The notes beneath the pieces are model-generated. The model was not told where the DNA came from. It saw only the letters and a program-made list of their open reading frames with translations, and searched no databases. A DNA stretch of 47,083 nt, from the NCBI GenBank assembly GCA_035936615.1, contig DASYWC010000195.1, positions 1 to 47,083 on the forward strand, written 5' to 3'. Below, piece after piece: positions 39,640 through 47,083 of the stretch. The position numbers were made by a program, and so were the translations under genes. How positions within the stretch are numbered: the first letter of the stretch is position 1; each line of letters begins with the position of its first letter. The DNA is from Allosphingosinicella sp. (GTDB taxonomy: Bacteria; Pseudomonadota; Alphaproteobacteria; Sphingomonadales; Sphingomonadaceae).

Positions 39640-41691
39640 TCACCAAATCTGCACACGCCGCTCCGGTGGCAGGTAAAGCGCTCCGTCCTTGACATCGAAC
39701 GCATCGTACCAGGCATCGAAGTTCCGGACGGTGTTCGACCGGAGGTGCGTTGGCGTATGCGTGCCGGCCTTCAGCTGCTGCTGGAGTGCAGCGTCCCGGT
39801 ATTTCGCACGCCAGACCTGGGCAAAACCCAGGAAGAAGCGCTGGTCGCCGGTAAAGCCGGAGATCACCGGGGCCGGCTTTCCACCCAGCGAAATCTTGTA
39901 AGCGTCGTAAGCGACGGCCAGCCCCGCAAGATCCGCGATATTCTCACCTAGGGACTGAGCGCCGTTCACCTTGTAGCCCGGTAGCGGCTCATACTCGTTA
40001 TATTGCTTCACCAGCGCGTCGGCCCGCTTCTGGAACCTCTCAACGTCTGCCGGGGTCCACCAATCCGCAAGCATGCCTTGAGCGTTGAACTTGCGGCCCT
40101 GATCATCGAAATGGTGGCTGATCTCGTGCCCGATGCCGATGCCGATGCCGCCATAGTTAACCGCTTCGTCCGCGTCCGGATCGAAAAAGGGCGGTTGCAA
40201 GTGGGCCGCCGGAAACACGATCTGGTTCAAAGTGGGGTTGGCGTATGCGTTGACCGTCTGCGGGGTCATGAGCCACTCGTTTCGATCGACCGGCTGCCCC
40301 AGCCGGTTCAAGATGCGCTGGTATTCGAACCTCGTAGCGCGACGCAGGTTGCCGAACGCGTCTCCAGGCCTGACCTCCAGCGCCGAATAGTCGCGCCACT
40401 TGTCGGGATAGCCGATGAGCGGGTTGAAGGCAGCGAGCTTTGCACGGGCCTTTGCCTTGGTCTCCGGCTCCATCCACTCGAGCTTGGTGAGCCGGTTGTC
40501 CATTGCGGCGATGAGGTTCCTCACCAGCTTGTCCGCCTTGGCTTTGGAGGCAGGAGGGAAGTGGCGCGCGACGTAGAGTTGACCCACGGCGTGCCCGAGC
40601 GCGGCGTTGGATGACGCCAGCCCTCGCTTCCACCGCTCCTCCATCTGAGGAACGCCGCCGAGCGTCTTGCCGTACATGGCGAAATTCTCCTCCACGAACG
40701 CCTTCGGCAAGGCCTGAGCATAGCGGGTGAGAGTGCGCAGAGTCAGGTAATCCCGCCAAGTCTCCACGGGCTCGGAGGCGACGAGCTTCGTAATTCCAGA
40801 AAGCGCGCTTGGCTGCCCCACGTTCACTTTCGGCTGGCCGGAGACCCCCGCCGCCTGGAGAAAGGCTGCCCAATCCATTCCGGGCATGTTCCGGGCGAGA
40901 TCGGCCTCAGTGGTTGGATTGTACAGCTTGTCGACTTGGCGAAGCTCAAGTGGGCTCCAATGGGCCTGCGCGAGCTTCTTCTCCAGCTGCATGACCCTTG
41001 CCGCTCTCGCTTCCGGTTCGGAAAGCCCCGTCAGGCGAAACATGTTGGCGGCATATTGCTCATACTGGGCGCGAACTTCGGCGAAGCGTGGATTGGCTTC
41101 GTCCACGTAGAAGTCCCGGTTCGGAAGCCCGAGCCCGCCCTGCTGAAGCGACACTATGTAGCGGCTGTTGTCCCGTGCGTCGGCCGGTACCCCCACAACC
41201 ACGGGGCCGGGCACGTTGCTCCATTGGAGCTCGCCCAACAGCCGCGCGAGGCCAGACTGGTCGGTAACGGCCCTGATGCGATCGAGATCTGCCTGAAGTG
41301 GCGCAAGGCCGCGCCGCTCGATTGCTGCTTCGTCCATGAAGCTGCTGTAGTAGTCGCCGACCTTCTGCTTGATGGTTCCTTTGGGAGCACCACTCTTGGC
41401 CGCATCCTCGATGACCCCCCTCACCTGTTCGTTCACCCGATCCTGAAGCTGCGAAAAGGAACTTACCCCGGGTTTGTCCGCGGGGATGGGAGTATTCTTG
41501 TCCCAGCTGCCGTTGGCAAAGTGGAAGAAGCTGTCACCGGGATTGACGGTCCTGTCCATTGCGGACACGTCGAAATTCCACGCCCGTTTCTCGGCCTTCG
41601 CGCCCTGCTTCTGCGGCGCCGACCATACCGGTCCCGACGCGATCGCGATACTGATACCGGCTGTACTAGCCACCAACAGACGTATGTTCAT
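39640..41691 (-). CDS. M13 family metallopeptidase (PepO/neprilysin-like), secreted
   Basis: Signal peptide, VNAY, IVFPAA.LQPPFF, GHEISHHFDDQG and GENIAD. Confidence 0.95.
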   Translation of the reverse strand: MNIRLLVASTAGISIAIASGPVWSAPQKQGAKAEKRAWNFDVSAMDRTVNPGDSFFHFANGSWDKNTPIPADKPGVSSFSQLQDRVNEQVRGVIEDAAKSGAPKGTIKQKVGDYYSSFMDEAAIERRGLAPLQADLDRIRAVTDQSGLARLLGELQWSNVPGPVVVGVPADARDNSRYIVSLQQGGLGLPNRDFYVDEANPRFAEVRAQYEQYAANMFRLTGLSEPEARAARVMQLEKKLAQAHWSPLELRQVDKLYNPTTEADLARNMPGMDWAAFLQAAGVSGQPKVNVGQPSALSGITKLVASEPVETWRDYLTLRTLTRYAQALPKAFVEENFAMYGKTLGGVPQMEERWKRGLASSNAALGHAVGQLYVARHFPPASKAKADKLVRNLIAAMDNRLTKLEWMEPETKAKARAKLAAFNPLIGYPDKWRDYSALEVRPGDAFGNLRRATRFEYQRILNRLGQPVDRNEWLMTPQTVNAYANPTLNQIVFPAAHLQPPFFDPDADEAVNYGGIGIGIGHEISHHFDDQGRKFNAQGMLADWWTPADVERFQKRADALVKQYNEYEPLPGYKVNGAQSLGENIADLAGLAVAYDAYKISLGGKPAPVISGFTGDQRFFLGFAQVWRAKYRDAALQQQLKAGTHTPTHLRSNTVRNFDAWYDAFDVKDGALYLPPERRVQIW

Positions 41692-41913
41692 TCCCGACCT
41701 CCTCGAGCTAGCTGCGATTCTCATCCGCGCGGCAAATCCACGGGTTGGATCCATGGGTGGTGGATTTTCTCGCTCAGCGTAGCGGTCGGTGGGTGGGCGT
41801 GTGGCTCGTTTCGGCGAACCGCCGGATTTCTTCTGCTAGCGTACCGCCTGGGGTGGGAAAGCCCGAACCGTAGCCGCAGAAGCGATGTGGTGGCAGCATC
41901 CGGCTAAGCTTGG

Positions 41914-42001
41914 AATGTCCGCTTTCCACCCGGAGCAGACCTTCTGCTGTTGGGTGTGACAGAGAGTATCGTGAACGTCCGGAACTGGCGCGTAGCGGCC
42001 G
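41914..42001 (+). repeat. Bipartite palindromic element, copy 2
   Basis: AATGTCCGCTTTCCACCCGGAGCAGACCTTCTGCTGTTGG ... AACGTCCGGAACTGGCGCGTAGCGG. Confidence 0.6.
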
Positions 42002-42442
42002 CGGACACCATGCCGCAATGCACGTCGGCAGAAGGCCGGACGGTGGCCGGGCGAGACGTCCCTCGCCGGGAGCCGGCCCGCCGGAAGTTAAGTTGACGAC
42101 GCGCGAGGCAGGGCGACTCGAAGAGTAAGCTCCCCCATGACTCCGTTTGGCCGGTGCGGAAGGTCTGCTGATCGGTAGCCGAGGCTAAAAGCGTACGCGT
42201 TCGGGCAGCTTGGTGGCTGACCCGGCAGCGGGCCGCCCCCTCCTTTTTAAGCTCATGAGTCACAACCCTCGTTGTTGCTTATGTGACGGCTGTCTGCTTT
42301 TGACCCTTTTCGTACAGCAGGAAGAGAAGCTCATGGCATGCGCGTGTCGCTCACCTAATGAATGGCGCTGGCTTAGGTGGGTTCTTCTAGCCCAGCCGGT
42401 AATGGCGGCAGGGCTGTATTTGTGGGCGTATGGGATCTAACA

Positions 42443-42658
42443 TCAACTTGGCTCCGCTCGATGGCGTCGCAGAGCTATGCGCTCGGCCGAGCCCGCGCGA
42501 ACCGCGGTTGGATCAACTCCATAGGCCGCTTTGAACACCCGCGAGAAGTAGCTACGGCTGGAATAACTAACGCTCGCAGCCACCGTCTTCACCGCAAGCC
42601 TGCAGGTGCCAAGCATCCGGGCAGCTGCGCGCCGGCGGAGCTTCTCGGAGGCATGCAT
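42443..42658 (-). pseudogene. AraC-family HTH remnant
   Basis: AARML..L.VKTVAASVSYSSRSYFSRVFKAAYGVDP matches the AraC second HTH; the N-terminal part is missing. Confidence 0.65.
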
Positions 42659-42759
42659 CCTTCAGCCTTCGAGTTTGTTGTTTGAATAGACCGCGCCTCC
42701 AAACCTCGCGTCCCCGGCGGTTCTCATCTGAGCGGGACGCGCTGCGCAGGAGAGAATCC

Positions 42760-43314
42760 ATGAAGTCATTAGTGATTGCAGCGAGCACCGTGATGCTCCT
42801 GAGCGGCTGTTCGTCGATGATGATGGCGGACGGTATGGGGATGGATGGGCGGACGACCGCTGGATCCATGGCTATGGCCATGCCCACGACGGCCGCGGCC
42901 TATATGCAGATGGCGCACAGCAGCGACATGTTTGAAGTACAATCCAGCCAGCTCGCTCTTCAGATGTCGCGCAACCCAGCCGTTCGTTCATTCGCTCAGA
43001 TGATGATCAACGATCACACACGAATGATGAACGAAATGATGGCGATGGCTCCGTCGATGGGGATGAACATATCCTCGATGCCGATGATGCCGAAGCATTC
43101 GGCGATGCTGCAGAGGCTGCGCAGCACTTCGGCGTCCAATTTCGACATGATGTACAAGCGCGAGCAGATGATGGCCCACCAAGAGGCCTTGATGATGCAC
43201 CGGACCTATGCGGCTCGCGGCGACAATGCTGCGCTTAGAGCGATGGCGGCCCGCGCGGTACCCATGATTCAAATGCATTTGTCTCGTGCCCAGGCGCTTC
43301 CAGGAATGAGGTGA
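42760..43314 (+). CDS. DUF4142-like lipoprotein, extremely Met-rich
   Basis: Lipobox LSGC; SDMFEVQSSQLA, VRSFAQMMINDH, FD..Y..Q..AH and HL..A; AGGAG RBS. Confidence 0.85.
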   Translation: MKSLVIAASTVMLLSGCSSMMMADGMGMDGRTTAGSMAMAMPTTAAAYMQMAHSSDMFEVQSSQLALQMSRNPAVRSFAQMMINDHTRMMNEMMAMAPSMGMNISSMPMMPKHSAMLQRLRSTSASNFDMMYKREQMMAHQEALMMHRTYAARGDNAALRAMAARAVPMIQMHLSRAQALPGMR

Positions 43315-43525
43315 CGTAGTCCACCTATTCGAATCCGCCGCTAATTCAGGGCGGCGGACGAGAGTGGCAACAAACACGTTCAGCCGAATTCATCAGAGGA
43401 ACTGCCCCTTGGTCGAGACGAGGAGGGGGCAGGGCTGAAATTTCCGCCCGGCGGTCAGCAGCCCCTCTCGATTGCCGGCTTTGTTGGTACTCACAGCGCA
43501 GCCGGTGGGTGCGGGATCTCATTCC

Positions 43526-44005
43526 ATGCTGAGCAAAGAAGATTTGAGGCACTTGCGCCGCTGTGTGGAACTAGCAGCCAGAGCCTTGGAGGCGGGAGAC
43601 GAGCCGTTTGGCTCTGTTCTCGTGGGCGCCGACGGAGTGGCCCTCGCCGAGGATCACAATCGGGTTGCCTCCGGGGATCGGACCAGACATCCCGAGTTCG
43701 AATTGGCGCGCTGGGCGGCAGCGAACATGACTCCATCCGAACGAAAGCTGGCGACCGTATTCACTTCGGGTGAACACTGTCCGATGTGTGCAGCTGCGCA
43801 CGCCTGGGTGGGTCTCGGGCGGATAGTCTATATTAGCTCTTCCGAACAGCTGACGGCCTGGCTTTCGGACTTCGGGGCCGAACTGCCGCCGGTGCGACCT
43901 CTGCCGATCCAAGAGATCGCACCCCAGGTGGTGGTGGTGGGGCCAGTTCCCGAACTTGCAGACGAGGTCCACGAGCTGCACCGCCGTTTTCACGCCGCAC
44001 CTTAG
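43526..44005 (+). CDS. Nucleoside/guanine deaminase family protein
   Basis: GDEPFGSVLV, HPE and TSGEHCPMC. Confidence 0.88.
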   Translation: MLSKEDLRHLRRCVELAARALEAGDEPFGSVLVGADGVALAEDHNRVASGDRTRHPEFELARWAAANMTPSERKLATVFTSGEHCPMCAAAHAWVGLGRIVYISSSEQLTAWLSDFGAELPPVRPLPIQEIAPQVVVVGPVPELADEVHELHRRFHAAP

Positions 44006-44355
44006 CGCCCGCGCCGGCAGCGGCGGGTCCAGCGCCGTCAGCAGCGAGGACGTTGGACCGGCTGGCCCAGCTTCTATGCCCCCCGCGCGACAGGCGAGCG
44101 GATGAGTGCGGTCTCTTGGTTTTTTGCTGAGAGGGAGCGGGCTCGAGCTTCGTTCGTAGAGCCAGCATGCGTATTCATCTCCTTGTTCTCCTGCTGATCG
44201 GAGCTGGTGCCGCGTTGTTTTTAGCACCCAAGACGTCGAGAACTCGCCACTCACAAAGACTGAGGCGCAGCGTTTCACGGAGCGTCAGCTTGGAGAAAGC
44301 AGCCGATTACTGGCTGTCAGCCGCAGACGAGCGTCAGTAGAGCGACAATCTGCGG

Positions 44356-44760
44356 GGGAGCGCCACGGCCCTTGCCATCGCCATCAGGCTAGGCCGCCTG
44401 GAGGCAAACCGCGCTGGAGTGCAGCCGGTGCCGCGTGCGTTGAAGCGCCGGTTCGAGCAGCACTTTGACCAAGCGCTGCTGGATCAAGCCCGATGGACTG
44501 TCGCCAAACCGCAAAGCAGGCTTGGGCGAGTGCTTGCGCGCTGGCCGGTTGAAGAGGGAGCGGTGACGGTGGGGAACATCATCGTGTTCAAGACTGAGAG
44601 CGGACCGAGTAACCGCCGGCTTTTCGCGCAAGAACTCGCTCATGTCGAGCAATATAGGGAACTCCGGGATTGAAGAGTTCCCGCGCCGCTATGCTGCCGA
44701 TCCGGAACCGCTTGAAGCGCAGGCCCGAAAAAGGCTCGGCATATCGCTCCCAAGGGATAG
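44356..44760 (+). pseudogene. DUF4157-like zincin gene, frameshifted
   Basis: GAVTVGNIIVF..LFAQELAHVEQY (H->Q); after about 44665 a shifted frame continues IEEFPRRYAADPEPLEAQAR. Confidence 0.6.
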
Positions 44761-45054
44761 ACAAGTCAAAGGTTGAGACCGCTACTGCGCGGAGGTGGAG
44801 ACAAGCCCAGCGGAGCTGCGCGAGAGTATTCGCGAGACCGGCCGCCTAGTAGATGAGCGACATAATGCTGCGGCGGCACCGCGATCGGAAGCTCGGCGAG
44901 GGCGGCAGCTGATAGGGAGGAGAACACCGCGCTCTCTCGCCCGAGACGGACCCCGCCCTGACGAATGTCCGCAGCGCCTGGGAGTGGGTCAACCATTCCG
45001 ATCCTAGGCGAACCTTACCTCCGCTTCGGGCGTCTTGCAGGTGGAGGCCATGCT

Positions 45055-46638
45055 TTGAACGATCCAGAACGCTCTACAAGCACGAGTGCGACCGCTGCGG
45101 TGGCTGCGGTGGACTGGGCGGCCACGTCGCTGGGTTCCCGAGACCAATGGTCTCTCCAGCTCAGGACCGCCGCAGATCTGGTGCTTTCGACCAGGTTCCC
45201 GATGTTCTTAGCTTGGGGGCAAGCGCTGTGTATTCTCTACAATGATGCCTTCTCAGCGGTAATCGGACCAGCACATCCAGAGGCCATGGGCGAGAGCCTG
45301 TCCCGGTTATGGCAGAAGGACTGGCCGTTGGTCGGTCCGGTGTTCGCACGGACAATGGGTGGGGAGAGCATATATTACGAGAACGCGGCTTTCCGTATCG
45401 ACCACGGTGCTGATGAGGAGATGCGCTATTTCACATTCTCCCAGACCCCCGTCCGCGCGGCTCCTGGTGAAAAGCCGATAGGCCTAATCGCCATCTGCAT
45501 TGACACGACCGAAGAGGTGAGAAACCGGCAGCGACTGGCTTGGGCGAACATAGACCTGGAAGATATCTTTCAAAATGCCCCTGGTTTCATTGGCATGACC
45601 CTCGGGCCGGAACACCGCTTCGAGTTCATCAACGAGACCTACAGTCAAATGATTGGAGGACGAGACGTCATCGGGAAAACGGTTAGAGAGGCGCTGCCTG
45701 AAATCGTGCCGCAAGGTTACCTCGACCTCCTCGATCACATCTATCAGACTGGCGAGCCGTTTACGGCAAGCGAGATGCCGATCAAACTCCTCGACGAAAA
45801 TGGAAACCTCCAACAGAAGTTCGTCGCTATCATCCTGAAGGCCTTCCGCGATGCCGAGGGAGCGGTGGTGGGTGTCTTTGCCGAAGGTTACGATGTTACG
45901 GACCGAAAAGCGGCCAGCGAAAGCATCGATGCGCTTCAGCGGAGCCTGCATCATGCCTCCCAAGTGGCGGCCATGGGAACAATGGCGGCCACGCTTGCCC
46001 ACGAACTCAATCAGCCGCTCGCGGCTGCGGCTAACTACGTGCGCGGGAGCACGCGTCTGGTCGAACAGCTTACTGGCGACCGAAAGGATCTGGCGAAAAC
46101 CGGCCTGGCCGAGGCCGAGCAGCAGATCTTGAGAGCCGGCGAGATCATCAGGCGAGTGCGCGGCGGCGTAGCCGGAAGTGCAATGAGGCGTGAGCCAGTC
46201 TCGCTGAAGGAAGTAGCAGCACGCGCCCTGAAGGTAATCAAGGCAAGCGGTACCTGCCCGAGAGTGCAGATCTCTACCAACTTCGCGCGCAGCGCCGACA
46301 AGGTTCAAGGGGATGCCGTGCAGCTTGAACAGGTTCTGCTGAATCTTGTTAGGAATGCGTGCCAGGCCGCCGCGGTAGACGAAGGCTGCGTGGAGATTTT
46401 GTCGCGCCAATCAGACAAACCTGAGTTTGTCGAAGTAGAAGTACGCGACAATGGTCCCGGCGTGGCCTCTGATCCAGCCACCTTGTTTGACAGCTTCGGG
46501 ACCTCAACGAGTGGTGGTCTAGGAGTCGGGCTATCAATAACGAGAACGATCATTGAAGCCCACGGAGGCAAGCTATGGGCTCGCAATGGGTCGACGGGCG
46601 GGGCCTCGTTCTATTTTACTGTCCTGCGAGACGCGTGA
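45055..46638 (+). CDS. PAS-PAS sensor histidine kinase (FixL/NtrB-like kinase core)
   Basis: Two PAS-like domains; LAHELNQPL H-box, QVLLNLVRNA, DNGPG and GLGVGLSI; GGAGG RBS before TTG 45055 (alternative start 44965). Confidence 0.92.
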   Translation: MNDPERSTSTSATAAVAAVDWAATSLGSRDQWSLQLRTAADLVLSTRFPMFLAWGQALCILYNDAFSAVIGPAHPEAMGESLSRLWQKDWPLVGPVFARTMGGESIYYENAAFRIDHGADEEMRYFTFSQTPVRAAPGEKPIGLIAICIDTTEEVRNRQRLAWANIDLEDIFQNAPGFIGMTLGPEHRFEFINETYSQMIGGRDVIGKTVREALPEIVPQGYLDLLDHIYQTGEPFTASEMPIKLLDENGNLQQKFVAIILKAFRDAEGAVVGVFAEGYDVTDRKAASESIDALQRSLHHASQVAAMGTMAATLAHELNQPLAAAANYVRGSTRLVEQLTGDRKDLAKTGLAEAEQQILRAGEIIRRVRGGVAGSAMRREPVSLKEVAARALKVIKASGTCPRVQISTNFARSADKVQGDAVQLEQVLLNLVRNACQAAAVDEGCVEILSRQSDKPEFVEVEVRDNGPGVASDPATLFDSFGTSTSGGLGVGLSITRTIIEAHGGKLWARNGSTGGASFYFTVLRDA

Positions 46639-46712
46639 AAGGGGCCGGAACATAAGCGCAATGGAGCTGGAGCTGCTGCCGGAGCGCACCCTCTTACCTG
46701 CAACGGCAGTCG

Positions 46713-46798
46713 AATGTCTGCTTTCCAACCAAAGCAGACATTCCGCTAATGAATGCGGCGCAGCTGTCATGAACGTCCGCAAATGGCGCTAGCGGAAC
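46713..46798 (+). repeat. Bipartite palindromic element, copy 3
   Basis: Perfect AATGTCTGCTTT-CCAACC-AAAGCAGACATT, then CCGCTAATG ... AACGTCCGCAAATGGCGCTAGCGG. Confidence 0.65.
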
Positions 46799-47083
46799 GA
46801 CAGGAACTGGCCGGTAGCGGAAAGTCTGCTTCTGGGTTGAAGCAGCTCGGAACAGAGTGGCTGGTCGGGAGGCCGGGCAGATAAAGCCTTTTGAGGTCAC
46901 ATATGTTAGCGGGCCTGCAGGTAGGCGGTGCTATTTAGCAGTGGACCCGACGGCAGGGGAGCCGGGTCATCGGCTCCCGGCGTTTCTTCCCTTTTTCCGC
47001 TGGGAGCCGATTACATCAATCGCGACGGTCCAGCGGAGACGAGTGTGCCCACATACAAGGTGCTCGTACTGAGTGCTAACCAG

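Noticed and set aside
39523-46850. CRISPR array or classical integron
   Set aside because: The repeats are kilobases apart and degenerate, lack attC core ends, and no cas or intI gene is in the window.
47045-47083. Possible gene start MPTYKVLVLSANQ at the window end
   Set aside because: Only 13 codons are visible, too few to support a call.

Overview
GC-rich alphaproteobacterial chromosome segment; gene content and order point to Sphingomonadaceae (inferred from protein motifs, not from a database search). Core genes: uvrB, xseA/purD, tadA, rpmB, cobT/cobS/J-domain/bolA, nusB, thiL, hppA, lysA. Also present: a type III PKS-methyltransferase-flavoprotein operon, many small lipoproteins, four palindromic REP-like intergenic elements and several EcfG/sigmaT-type promoters. 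Three features stand out. (1) An accessory locus at about 28.7-30.8 kb: a stand-alone C39 peptidase gene sits directly upstream of a 271-aa protein with a double-glycine leader, a TonB-box-like motif, a Gly/acidic linker and a JAB/MPN-like HSHP domain, i.e. a candidate new class of PCAT-exported, TonB-imported protein toxin/effector. (2) Three co-oriented copies of a ~90-bp bipartite palindromic element bracket the accessory genes at 39.5-46.8 kb in a cassette-like way. (3) A tiny self-contained transcription unit at about 5.0-5.2 kb carries a 14-nt perfect complement of the 16S rRNA 3' end in front of an 18-codon ORF. No rRNA, tRNA, CRISPR array, integrase or transposase was seen.
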